Assembly (NCBI GenBank): GCA_001004665.1
Contig: LCRO01000003.1
Span: 63,984-127,983 of the forward strand
Length of the DNA: 64,000 nt
Reading direction: 5' to 3'
DNA from: Candidatus Adlerbacteria bacterium GW2011_GWA1_54_10
Lineage (GTDB): Bacteria; Patescibacteriota; Minisyncoccia; Phycocordibacterales; SBAW01
The position numbers were made by a program, and so were the translations under genes. Of the stretch, positions 10,443 to 20,393 are shown piece after piece. The notes below the pieces were generated by a model, which was not told where the DNA came from, did not search any database, and saw nothing but the letters and a program-made list of their open reading frames with translations. The number at the start of each line of letters is the position of its first letter. Within the stretch, counting starts at the first letter, position 1.

Positions 10443-11160
10443 CTATCGACTCGAAACGAATCAAGTCTTCCCACATTACTGTGGGGATTGGACTATACCT
10501 TCATCCCTAAATTAGGGAGACCGACGTGTAGTCTCTACGGGGTCAGCACTCGCTTAAGGCGCTTCTTTGAGTAATTTAACTCACCGAAACGATCTATCAT
10601 TTTCATCAACTTTTTGAACTCTCGTTCAGACTTTATAGTCTGTCGATACTCGAGAATCTCAAGCATTAGCTTTATTTGCTCCCGTTTTAGAACCGAATGT
10701 GGTTCTACAGCAATTAAAAATTCTTTAATTGCATCGGTCTTGCCAATAATGTATTCGATAACTCCGTCACTGCGCTCCCGGATATACCCGGACCCCACAA
10801 GACCACATAATTTTTCGAATAGCTTTTTAGCCTTTTGCGATTGAAAAAATACCACATACGGCGCAACCTGAAATCCATACTTATAGGTAGAATTAGGTTT
10901 GAGCCGCACATAAATACTTCCGTCGCCGTCTAAAAAGCCGGCAAGATATGCTTTGGTTGTTGACGAAAGCGGTTGCATGACTTCCCTCGGTATTATCCTA
11001 CCATACGACAGGTTAGGATTCCACCGATATAGTCGGTTTCTCACTGTGGATTACTCCTCAGTGCCGCCGTGAACATTCTTAACAGTGTGGTTCCAAACGT
11101 CACCACGTTTCCTCGCGGGTTCAGACAGTTCAAATTCCAAATTTCTTTAGGACCTGAACG
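10443..11160 (-). mobile_element. Group I-type intron in 23S rRNA domain V (E. coli ~2570-2595 region) carrying a homing endonuclease ORF
   Basis: 5' exon ends ...GCTGGGTTCAGAC (rc 11161-11173); 3' exon resumes ATGCGTGAGACAGGTTGGTCTCCTATC (rc 10416-10442). Intervening ~718 nt has no 23S homology and contains the LAGLIDADG ORF. Confidence 0.7.
10535..11044 (-). CDS. LAGLIDADG homing endonuclease (single-motif, I-CreI-like)
   Basis: [20 protein letters not shown]... motif; ~150-169 aa; likely start at MQPLSS (10978). Lies inside the 23S intron. Confidence 0.85.
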   Translation of the reverse strand: MRNRLYRWNPNLSYGRIIPREVMQPLSSTTKAYLAGFLDGDGSIYVRLKPNSTYKYGFQVAPYVVFFQSQKAKKLFEKLCGLVGSGYIRERSDGVIEYIIGKTDAIKEFLIAVEPHSVLKREQIKLMLEILEYRQTIKSEREFKKLMKMIDRFGELNYSKKRLKRVLTP

Positions 11161-13312
11161 GTCTGAACCCAGCTCGCGTATCTTTTTAAATGGCGAACAG
11201 CCATACCCTTGGGAGCTTCTCCACCCCCGGGATAAGATGAGCCGACATCGAGGTGCTCTAATGCGGATGGTCGGTTCACTATGTCCTGCTTTCGCACCTG
11301 CTCGGCATTTACGCCTTGCAGTCAAGCTCCCTTTTGCCATTACGCTATCGGCACGGTTTCCATTCGCGCCTAGGGAACCTTAATGAACTCCTCCGTTACT
11401 TTTTAGGAGGATAGCGCCCCACTAAAACTGCCCACCAGATAATGTCTCGAACGCGTTTTGCGCGTCCGGTTAGTACATACAATTTTACAGAGTGGTATTT
11501 CACTGACGAGTCCGCGGCGCCCGAAAGCACCGCCTCAACCTCTCCCACCTATGCTACGCAACAAAGCCGCATGCACAATATCAAGCTACAGTAAAGCTTC
11601 TGGGGTCTTTTCGTCTAACTGCAGGTAACCGGCATCTTCACCGGTATTGTATTTTCACCGAGCGGTACTCCGAGACAGTTCCCCAGTCGTTACACTATTC
11701 GTGCGCGTCTGAACTTACCAGACAAGGAATTTCGCTTTTCGCTTCCTGTGGGCGAAGGACCATGTCTTCTTCCGTTCTGGAAGCACGGCGTATGGTCTCT
11801 TATGTGAGCCGCGTGTTTTTTAGGACCTTCTACATATTCCTATGTAGAGAAGTAGCTTTTTGTGTAACTTTTTCGCTATTTACCCGATTCTGTAATAGTC
11901 CTAGTCCTTCCCTGCTCGATTGCTCAAGCAGAGAACCTTAGGACGATTATAGTTATCGCCGACATTCACCAGGGCTTATATAGCTCGGCCCTCCAATCTT
12001 GCGATCAAAGGACGGGCCATATTTGACCTTCTGGCATTGGTCAAGTGTCACCTCCTATACATCCCCTTACGGGTTCGCAGGAAGCTGTGTTTTTGGTAAA
12101 CAGTCGCCAGGGATACTTTCGCTGCGGCCGCGCTCGCGCGCGGCAGGCCTTATTCCGAAGGTACGGCCGATTTTTTGCCGAGTTCCTTGGAGTACTCTCA
12201 CTCGTTCGCCTTGCTCTACTCGAGCTGCACACCTGTGTCGGTTTGCGGTACGGTCGTACGACCCATATAGTTTAGAAGTTTTTCTTGGAAGCCTCTTCGC
12301 AGTGGTCCTCTCAGGCGAACCTGAAAGTGCCCCGATGCTTCGACAGCGCAAAGCGGATTTTCCTGCCTTGCAAGTCTTCGGCTACGGACGCCAATCCAAT
12401 AAGGCGCCACTGTTTATGTGCTCCGTCCCTCCATCACTGAGTCGCCGGTGTGGGAATATTAACCCACTGTCCATTACCTGCGGCTTTCGCCATCGGCTTA
12501 GGACCGACTAACCCTACTCTGATCACCGTTGAGTAGGAAACCTTGTGCTTTCGGCGTGCGGGGATCTCACCCGCATTGCGGTTACTTGTGCCTGCATTCT
12601 CACTTCGCAACGCTCCACTGCGGCTCACGCCTTCAGCTTCATCGCGGATGCGAACGCTCTCTTACCACTCGTCCTTTGATTGCTCTCAGGACGAATCCTC
12701 AGTTTCGGTACTACGTTTTAGCCCCGATTATCTTCGGCGCGAGATCTCTCGATGAGTGAGCTGTTACGCTTTCTTTCAATGATGGCTGCTTCTAAGCCAA
12801 CATCCTCATTGTCTTCGAGACTTCACCTCCTTGTGATGCACTTAACGTAGATTTTGGGACCTTAACTTGAGATCTAGGACTCTTCTCCTTTTGTACGGTG
12901 GAGCTTAGCCCCCACGTACTAACTGCCGCATAACGCAAACGGTATTCGGAGTTTGATAGGATGAGCGAGCTTTCGCCCTGTCTCATCCTTCCAGTGCTCT
13001 ACCCCCGTCTGCCAATCAATGCGACGCCAGCCCAAAAGCTGTTTCAGAGAGAACCAGCTATTACAAGGTTCGATTAGCTTTTCACTCCAACCCACAAGTC
13101 ATCCGAGAGTTTTGAACGGCTCAACGGTTCGGGCCTCCGCGCTATTCACGCTCGCTTTCGCTACACCTCCGCCCTAGCGGGCTTAAGTCTATGCGGCATA
13201 CGGTAACTCGCAGGCTCATTCTTCAATAGGCACGCCGTCGAGGCTTCGATTACTCTCGGCCTCTTCGACTCTTTGTAGACATATGGTTTCAGATCTATTT
13301 CACTCCCCTTCC

Positions 13313-13358
<46 letters not shown>

Positions 13359-14061
13359 TTTGAAAGTATGTAGCCTTACCGGTTAGTTCCGGCAAATTCA
13401 CTCAAGCCATTCGTGTCTTGAGCTACTCAAGGACATTGCAGAAGTTGCTGCAGTTTCGCCTACGGGGCCTTCACCCTCTTGGGCCGCGCTTCCCAGCGCG
13501 TTCGGCTACCGCAGCAATTTGTAACTTCTTGGCCATTCGATTTCTCTCAGGCCTATCAATGCCTTATAACCCTGAAAATTTCCCGAACCCCTCGAACTAC
13601 CAAGGAGTTTGGGAAACTTTGCAGTTTGGGCTCACATTCGCGTTCGCTCGCCGCTACTGACGAAATACCTATTGGTCTCTTTTCCTCTCGGTACTGAGAT
13701 GTTTCACTTCCCGAGGTCTGCTCCCCGCATTACTGCGGGGTACTGGAGATTTCGCTCCAGTGAGTTTCCTCATTCGGACATCTCCGGATCGAAGGTTGCT
13801 TGGCACCTCCCCGGAGCGTATCGCCGCCACGCCGCGTCCTTCATCGCCTTTCAAAGCCAAGGCATCCACCATACGCCCTTATTAGTTCCAACCTCTTTTG
13901 GGAGATTGAGAACCGCAATAATCTGTTGTTTATAAGCAGAAATGCTGCGCATTTCTGCCAATACATTTGTTACCTACCCACCTCCATAGCGCACAAAAAG
14001 ACCCACACGAAGTGCGCCGCGTGGTGGAATTTAGTTGTTAAGGTACAAGATACGCGAGAAC

Positions 14062-14087
14062 AAAAAAGCCGCTTCTCTCGAAGCGGC
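14062..14087 (-). terminator. Intrinsic terminator-like hairpin (gccgcttc-tctc-gaagcggc) with U-run on minus strand
   Basis: 8-bp perfect stem, T6 run on minus strand; lies between membrane-protein gene and 23S upstream region. Confidence 0.5.
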
Positions 14088-14214
14088 GCACGAAAACCCG
14101 CGGGGGCTACCGTTTCCGCTTCGGCGTTTTTTTGATGGTCGACATATCTATGTCTCGCATTATATACGCTACGGTCTGGAAGTCAAATGAATGTGCGAGT
14201 CCAATCGAGAACAC

Positions 14215-14254
14215 AAAAACCCTCCCCGTGCCGACCGGCACAGGGAGGGCTTTT
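14215..14254. terminator. Bidirectional intrinsic terminator (14-bp GC-rich stem flanked by A5 and T4)
   Basis: aaaaaccctccccgtgccg-acc-ggcacagggagggctttt, immediately 3' of the 14279-14965 gene. Confidence 0.65.
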
Positions 14255-14278
14255 GTGTAAGACCTGTGGACAGACCGG

Positions 14279-14965
14279 CTATTCCTTTCCTTTGATGTCG
14301 GAGCGAACGCGATCGATAAAACGCCCGGCCGCATCCTGGCCGCCGAGCCCGAAGGCAAGCCCGAAGGCTATGGACAGCGCGACCACAACGCCGGTAAATA
14401 TCGTCTGAACGAATGGCGTTACACCAAGCGTGTCGAGTGCCGCAAGAATGGCAAAGACCCAAATGGCCCAGCGCGCCATCGTGCCGGCAAATCCGGCCGA
14501 GCGCACGCCGGCCGCGCGCGCCGCGCCCGCGACAACTCCCTGCGCCACCTCTGCCACGACCGCCGCCACAACCACTATAAGCGCCGCGATAATTACGCGC
14601 GCGAGGAACGGAAGAAGCCCGAGCTGGATAAATAGCGTCACCTGCGTGAGGCTGAGCGCCTGCAGAGAAGCAAGCAGGAAGACGATTATCACAAACCACT
14701 TCACCAGCGCGCCAAGAAAGGCACCCGAGTTGAGCGAGTAGCCAGCGCGGTTAACAATTTCCTCCACGCCAGCGCTGCGCAGTGCGGCATCCACTCGGAT
14801 GGCCTTGACGGCCTCCATTACGACACGCCCGAGCAGAGAGGCTACGAACCAGCCTATTACGAATATTATTACCGCGAGAAGCAGGTTCGGGATGAAGTTG
14901 ACGACTCCCCACAGCAAGTTGTTGAAGGACTGCTGAAGGACCGTCGCCCAATTCTGCACTATCAT
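14279..14965 (-). CDS. Membrane protein with repeated hydrophobic helices (MscS-associated TM-helix-repeat type)
   Basis: 228 aa, several TM segments; repeated A/V/L-rich helices. Confidence 0.4.
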   Translation of the reverse strand: MIVQNWATVLQQSFNNLLWGVVNFIPNLLLAVIIFVIGWFVASLLGRVVMEAVKAIRVDAALRSAGVEEIVNRAGYSLNSGAFLGALVKWFVIIVFLLASLQALSLTQVTLFIQLGLLPFLARVIIAALIVVVAAVVAEVAQGVVAGAARAAGVRSAGFAGTMARWAIWVFAILAALDTLGVTPFVQTIFTGVVVALSIAFGLAFGLGGQDAAGRFIDRVRSDIKGKE

Positions 14966-15065
14966 ATGTAAATTCCAATAATTACTAAACTATTAAATAT
15001 CGACTCCCTAATTGTGGGGTTAAATCCACATATTTTCCACAACAATATCCACACCTATGTCCCGA

Positions 15066-15647
15066 CTATTTCAGGCCAATATTCAGGCGGTCGAAGACGA
15101 TCTTGTGCTGGTAATCAAGGATATCGCGCACCAGCTTGTCGTTCATGTTCAGCCGGTAAAAAAAGTCATCGCTGGAGAGGAGCGAGTAGCGCAATTCCTT
15201 GCCCAGTTCGGACTCCAGATTCTTGATGCGCGAGCGCAGCTTTTTTTCCTTGACGCGGTCGCCTACGATAAGAACATCGAGCGCGCTCTCCCACTCGCCG
15301 ACAAAAATGCCGGCGATGATAACGAGCTTGATGCCGCCCGCTTTGCGCACTCGCTCGTAGATGTCCGCGCCGCGCTCGGGAGCGTTCAGCAGCAGGCTCT
15401 GCAGAGCGGCCAAATATCCAAAATCGGAGTTCAGCAGATAGCGCGCGCCGCGGCTCCTTGAACGCGCGCGCTTTATAAGCCGCACGCTGGCGAAAAGATT
15501 TATCTCCTTGCGCGCGGTGCGCTCCGGCACCCGAGCTCTCTCCGCCGCCTCGGGCACCGTAAACTGTCTGCCGGGGTTGAACAAAAACAGGCGCAAAAGC
15601 TTGAGCCGCGCCATGCTCCCGAATAGCTTCTGCAGGGGATCGGTCAT
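15066..15647 (-). CDS. Hypothetical protein, possible N-terminal winged-helix DNA-binding domain
   Basis: 193 aa; N-terminal basic helix-turn-helix-like segment (FTVPEAAERARVPERTARKEINLF). Confidence 0.3.
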   Translation of the reverse strand: MTDPLQKLFGSMARLKLLRLFLFNPGRQFTVPEAAERARVPERTARKEINLFASVRLIKRARSRSRGARYLLNSDFGYLAALQSLLLNAPERGADIYERVRKAGGIKLVIIAGIFVGEWESALDVLIVGDRVKEKKLRSRIKNLESELGKELRYSLLSSDDFFYRLNMNDKLVRDILDYQHKIVFDRLNIGLK

Positions 15648-15765
15648 ATAAACAAGCGCATTCTAACCACAAACCGCCGTATGATGCAATCACAAAGAAA
15701 GCCCCGCTTTTTGCGGGGCCTCCTTACCAACAGTTATCTCTTAAACAGCCGGACTTTGCCAAAAG

Positions 15766-16134
15766 TTACTTAAGCTCCACCTTGCCGCCCGCGGCCTCTA
15801 CGGCCGCTTTAAGCTTGTCGGCGTCCTCTTTCTTCATCCCTTCCTTAAGCACGGACGGGACGGCATCAACCAAATCCTTAGCCTCCTTTAGCCCAAGCCC
15901 AAGTGCGTCCTTGACGGCCTTGATGACCGCGACTTTCTGCGCGCCGGCCTCCATCAAATGCACATTAAAGGCCGACTTTTCCTCCTTCGCTTCGGCACCA
16001 GCGGCCGGCGCGGCCGGCGCGACAGCGGCGGCGGAAACTCCGAACTTCTCTTCAAGAGCCTTCACCAGCTCATGCAACTCTATGACCGAGAGAGACTCCA
16101 CCTTTTCTATAATTTCATTGAGTTTTTCTGCCAT
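15766..16134 (-). CDS. rplL: 50S ribosomal protein L7/L12
   Basis: 122 aa; Ala-rich hinge and conserved C-terminal domain ...[24 protein letters not shown]... Confidence 0.95.
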   Translation of the reverse strand: MAEKLNEIIEKVESLSVIELHELVKALEEKFGVSAAAVAPAAPAAGAEAKEEKSAFNVHLMEAGAQKVAVIKAVKDALGLGLKEAKDLVDAVPSVLKEGMKKEDADKLKAAVEAAGGKVELK

Positions 16135-16136
16135 GT

Positions 16137-16649
16137 TTATCTTTTTTTCGCCACCTCATTTAATACGACGGCGAGTTTTTGTATAGGACCGTTAATTGTA
16201 TATACGAACTGCGCCCGCAAGACATCTAGGCCCGGTATCGCGGCAATGGAGATTATGCCATCCTTGCCGACATATTTGCCTTGGAAGACACCGCCGGCGA
16301 AAGCAAGACCGCCGCTGAACTTTTTGACGAATGCCGCAAGCTCGCGCGCGGGAGCAAGCTCGTCGTCCTTGCCTGCCGAAGCTCCGGCGAAAGCCGGGCC
16401 GTATGCAAGAGCTATCTCTCCTTCAAGCGCGGGCGGCTCGCCCTGAAACTTTCCTTCAAGGCCGCGCTTCAGCAAAGATTTTTTGGCCACCGTGTATCCG
16501 ATGCCCTGCGCGCGCAGTGCCCTGCGCATCTCGGACTGCTGCGCGACAGTAAGCCCTTTAAAGTTCGCGAACACGAGCGTTTTTGCCTTGCTCGCGATGT
16601 CGCGCACTTTTTCCACTATTTCGCTTTTTTTCTGCTTTGTTATTGCCAT
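16137..16649 (-). CDS. rplJ: 50S ribosomal protein L10
   Basis: 170 aa; L10 N-domain ([11 protein letters not shown]...[23 protein letters not shown]). Confidence 0.9.
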   Translation of the reverse strand: MAITKQKKSEIVEKVRDIASKAKTLVFANFKGLTVAQQSEMRRALRAQGIGYTVAKKSLLKRGLEGKFQGEPPALEGEIALAYGPAFAGASAGKDDELAPARELAAFVKKFSGGLAFAGGVFQGKYVGKDGIISIAAIPGLDVLRAQFVYTINGPIQKLAVVLNEVAKKR

Positions 16650-16932
16650 ACGAACAAAAAGAAAAAGCCCATAAGGCCCGTAAGTCGACCAACTGCGCAG
16701 GAGTTCCGATGTATTAACCCCTTCTCCGCCGTCTGGCGGATCAGGGTTCCTGCGGTCTTCGCGGCCTGTACGGGAAATCTACCTTGGCGCGGCGACGTTG
16801 TCAATCGGACCCTGAAAAAGCTGCGAGCCTGCAATGTACATAACGCCGAAGGCAAGCGCGATGATCGCGACAAAGCCCATGAAAAATCTGAAAAATGTTT
16901 TGGTAAAATAACGCTCCATCATGAAAATGATA

Positions 16933-19071
16933 TCACAGCCTCCGAAGTTCATCCCACCATACCGCGTCGCCCAGGTCGGTCCTGGATACGTTGGCGTCAA
17001 GACGTATGGTGTCGATGGGAATTCCGTTTTGGATATTGTCGTTGACTTTGGTGCTAAACCACGAACAGGAAACCGGATCCGTCCGGTCCGTGAGCAGGCA
17101 AAACTCTTTAAGGCCGGCCGGTCCTTCCCTCCAGAATATCGCGTACTGGTGCCACGCGTCGTCATCGGGTATGTCGTCCAATATATGCACATACTCTCCG
17201 TTCTCAGAAGGTCCATAGCTGATGAACATGTCGGGTATCGCCGTTCTAAAACCGATGTGTCTGCGGCCGCGTATGGTAAAACCGCCCTCGAGTACCGGCG
17301 TGCCGGTCTTCGCGATTACATTAAATCCGGTTTGCGCTTTTATACAGGCATTCGAGTAACAATTTTCGGAAGTCGTTGCATATCGCGTGTTTATCTCGCT
17401 CCAGCCAAGCGAATTAAAGTTGTCGAAAGAGTCTTCGAACGGAGCGTCATGGAATTCGGTTGTCAGAGCGGGCGTAGATGTCGCTTGTGATGATGGGTCA
17501 GTCGAAGTTGCGGTCGAGGTAGCGGCGGCATCTGTTTGCGAAGTGCTTGTTGCGGTTGCCGTCTCCTGCGTGCTTGTCGCAACTTCCGGCGTACTGGTGG
17601 CGGTATCAGGAGTGCTTGTAGCCTCCTCCTCGGCAGCCACCGCGGCCTGCTCCTCCTGCGCCGGAGGAGGCGGCACGTGCAATGCGCCGCCGGTGCTGGG
17701 CGAGGATTGCGGAGGAGGTGGGGGCTCCGGCGGAGGCGGGGTCATCTCGGGAAAGGGCGTCGGATTCGGTATTGGCTCGATTGAAGTTTCTTCAACTTCC
17801 GGTGTCGCGGACGCGGGCGACTCTTCAAGAGGCGTCTGCGGCGCTTCGGACTCCTCGCCCGCGACAATGCCGGGTTCTTCGATTTTTTGAGGCGCCGTGT
17901 CTCGCGCGATTTGCGGCGGGACAGTAACAGGCGTAGGTTCCGGTTCGAGCGCGGGAGCAGTTGCGACCGAGGCGCCAAGAAGCTCGTCATATTCTTCCTG
18001 ATTCAGGCTCGAGCCGTAGAGCTTCTTAACAACCTTAAAGCTCTTGCTCGCCGTTTCTTTAAAATCCAGTTCCGCCTGGCTGACGTTCTTCGCCTTCAGT
18101 TTTCCGGCCTGCCTTTCTTTTTCCGCTTCTTTGAAAAACAGATCGATTACCCCAACCCCGCTTTCGATCGCGCGTTTTGATAACACGCGCCAGTAATCAG
18201 ATGCCACAGAGTCATTTTCATCATCAAATTTTATTTCAATTTCTTTAATAAATTCTCCGGCTTTTTTATTAATTCGTACTTCTGCACGAGCAACTTTGTG
18301 TCCGAATCTGGAATATACAAATCCATTTTTTATATCCAAACTATCCAATATAGGAGAAGAGTAATTTTTAAACAGAGTATCTTTACTCAAAAAATTTTTG
18401 TTCGTAAACTCCGCGGTAAAATCAAACGCTTCGGAAAGACCAATAAAGTTTGGGGTTTGTAGATTGTTTGGAACGGCGACTTGGCTAAATTGACCCGTAA
18501 AATTCTCGTAGGGGTCCGCGTCACCGTAGCCATTGTGGTTAAGATGCGGATCGTTGCGCACATGCGCCGGCACCGTCGCGTCCTGCAGTAAATGCAAAAT
18601 ATGCCCCAGCGTTTCTGCGGCGCGCGCTTTGTCGCCATAAACATATTCATATACGGCCCTGTCCCACGAGTAGTCGGTGGGCGAGCTAAACCATTTGTCA
18701 TTATAGCCAACATGCGTGCCAAAGCAGATAATGGTGCCCCAGCAGTTGTAATTCCCCTGCGCCTCGGTATCCCGCGCCCACTGCTTTGACGACTCGAATT
18801 CTCCTCTCCAAACAGTCAATCCACGATTATTTACCGGGTCGTAGAAGTGGTTTGTCGGGCGTGAGCCAAAATCCTCTCCCGAGCTCCCGCGAACAATTTC
18901 CCTATCGAACATCGAGACAAAAGTTCCGCTGTGCAATTGCCCGTATGCCTCAACGGTCGCCCGCGCAAGCGCCTCGTGCGTATTTGTCTCGTATGCCCAT
19001 GCAAAAAACGGGGACATAATCCCCGCTAACAAAATCAAACTTTTCAAAATCAAAGCTCGAGTATTTTCCAT
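16933..19071 (-). CDS. Secreted zinc-dependent phospholipase C-like (S1-P1 nuclease-fold) protein with Pro/Thr/Ser/Glu-rich linker and C-terminal lectin-like domain
   Basis: Signal-peptide-like N-terminus; HFYDP and LGHILHLLQDATVPAH motifs match Zn-PLC (PF00882-like) signatures; ~160-aa low-complexity linker (PPPEPPPPPQSS, TST repeats). Confidence 0.6.
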   Translation of the reverse strand: MENTRALILKSLILLAGIMSPFFAWAYETNTHEALARATVEAYGQLHSGTFVSMFDREIVRGSSGEDFGSRPTNHFYDPVNNRGLTVWRGEFESSKQWARDTEAQGNYNCWGTIICFGTHVGYNDKWFSSPTDYSWDRAVYEYVYGDKARAAETLGHILHLLQDATVPAHVRNDPHLNHNGYGDADPYENFTGQFSQVAVPNNLQTPNFIGLSEAFDFTAEFTNKNFLSKDTLFKNYSSPILDSLDIKNGFVYSRFGHKVARAEVRINKKAGEFIKEIEIKFDDENDSVASDYWRVLSKRAIESGVGVIDLFFKEAEKERQAGKLKAKNVSQAELDFKETASKSFKVVKKLYGSSLNQEEYDELLGASVATAPALEPEPTPVTVPPQIARDTAPQKIEEPGIVAGEESEAPQTPLEESPASATPEVEETSIEPIPNPTPFPEMTPPPPEPPPPPQSSPSTGGALHVPPPPAQEEQAAVAAEEEATSTPDTATSTPEVATSTQETATATSTSQTDAAATSTATSTDPSSQATSTPALTTEFHDAPFEDSFDNFNSLGWSEINTRYATTSENCYSNACIKAQTGFNVIAKTGTPVLEGGFTIRGRRHIGFRTAIPDMFISYGPSENGEYVHILDDIPDDDAWHQYAIFWREGPAGLKEFCLLTDRTDPVSCSWFSTKVNDNIQNGIPIDTIRLDANVSRTDLGDAVWWDELRRL

Positions 19072-19580
19072 TTGTTAGTAAATGGATTTTTGGTCAGGCG
19101 AACTCCAAAGGCTGTATTTTCGTTTTGAGGAAAAACTTCTATTTCATAAATACCGGACGAACCAACTCCAGATGGAGGAACTAATCTCCCATTATGATAG
19201 GCATTAATAAAGAACTGATTTGAACCTAATTTTAATTCTTTTAAATTTTCCTCTTGCTTCTCCACCACAAAATACTTCGACGCCAAAACAAAATCCTCCT
19301 TCTCCAACGCCTCTACAAACAATCGCAAAGTTTCCTCCGGCGTAGCGCCGCCGTAGGCGTCGGCGCGGTAGGCAGCTTCAAGGTTCCCGGACTCGGCTTC
19401 CATCCTCTGCCATTCCTCCCGCGCAAGAATATTTTGCATGCGCACCACGGCTTGGTCGCCAACCCACTCGAGATAATTTCTCGTAAAAATGGTCCCTATG
19501 ATAAGGACAAGAACCCCGATCCAAAACTCCCACCGCTTGAATATCAGCTTCCTCTCCCCTTCCGGCAATGAGTCATTCAT
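19050..19580 (-). CDS. Hypothetical membrane-anchored protein
   Basis: 176 aa; one N-terminal TM helix; no recognisable motifs. Confidence 0.4.
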   Translation of the reverse strand: MNDSLPEGERKLIFKRWEFWIGVLVLIIGTIFTRNYLEWVGDQAVVRMQNILAREEWQRMEAESGNLEAAYRADAYGGATPEETLRLFVEALEKEDFVLASKYFVVEKQEENLKELKLGSNQFFINAYHNGRLVPPSGVGSSGIYEIEVFPQNENTAFGVRLTKNPFTNKWKILEL

Positions 19581-19620
19581 CTACAAATTTTACCATCATA
19601 GACTTATCCACAGTTTTTCT

Positions 19621-19643
19621 TGCGAAGGTCAGACCTTCGCAAA
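19621..19643. repeat. 23-nt perfect palindrome (copy 1, overlaps transposase stop codon)
   Basis: ttgcgaaggtcagaccttcgcaa; 11-bp perfect arms. Confidence 0.9.
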
Positions 19644-20312
19644 CCGTTCTCCTGTATAAGATTTTAACAATTCTTCAAGATCATTTTGAGTCCTAAGGAA
19701 ATCTGGGGCTTGGTCAGAAGAAAGGACTGCGCCTTCCGGTCGATTACCCGAGATGTAGTCATAGAAACTTGAGTAGCGGTAAGAATGCAGGAAATTTCTC
19801 GCCGTATTTCCATCCGTTATACCTATTTTTTCCCAATCTGGAAAAACCAACGAAAGAGGATTGAGATGTACATAAGCAAATATGTAACGGAAATAGGGCT
19901 CGTCGTCTACATGTCTACTTTTAAATGCTCCTTGTGCAATAATACCGCTGTGTTTGTGGAGAATATTGAAATACATCGAGTAGCCGGTGAAAACCTTTCG
20001 GGTAAATTTTGATATCCCACACTCTTTTTTCTCGCGTAAAACTAGATGGAAGTGATTAGGCATTAAACAATATGCGAATATATCCACAAGTGATTTGTCT
20101 GGTTTTTCCTCTTTGAAAATAACCGCGGAATCAAAGCCTTCGTACTTTCTTAATGTCTCACGGACATCTACTCTACAATCGCTGTTTGATAAGTGGAGAA
20201 GCAAAAGAAAACGCTTATAATCCGAATCGGTTGTGAAAATGGATTGTTTATGGGCACCTCTATTATAGAGATGATACATTTCTCCAACTGCAAAGGGAGC
20301 ATCTTTTCTCAT
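19629..20312 (-). CDS. HUH Y1 transposase (IS200-like / REP-associated tyrosine transposase-like)
   Basis: 227 aa; HUH motif CLMPNHFHLV and downstream Tyr-containing helix (RYIFAYVHLNP) typical of Transposase_17 (PF01797-like) proteins. Confidence 0.7.
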   Translation of the reverse strand: MRKDAPFAVGEMYHLYNRGAHKQSIFTTDSDYKRFLLLLHLSNSDCRVDVRETLRKYEGFDSAVIFKEEKPDKSLVDIFAYCLMPNHFHLVLREKKECGISKFTRKVFTGYSMYFNILHKHSGIIAQGAFKSRHVDDEPYFRYIFAYVHLNPLSLVFPDWEKIGITDGNTARNFLHSYRYSSFYDYISGNRPEGAVLSSDQAPDFLRTQNDLEELLKSYTGERFAKV

Positions 20313-20315
20313 AAG

Positions 20316-20338
20316 TTGCGAAGGTCTGACCTTCGCAA
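20316..20338. repeat. 23-nt perfect palindrome (copy 2, 4 nt upstream of transposase start codon)
   Basis: ttgcgaaggtctgaccttcgcaa. Confidence 0.9.
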
Positions 20339-20370
20339 CTCCATCGTAACATTGAAGATGAACGAATCAT

Positions 20371-20393
20371 ATGCGAAGGTCTGACCTTCGCAA
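20371..20393. repeat. 23-nt palindrome (copy 3)
   Basis: atgcgaaggtctgaccttcgcaa. Confidence 0.9.
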
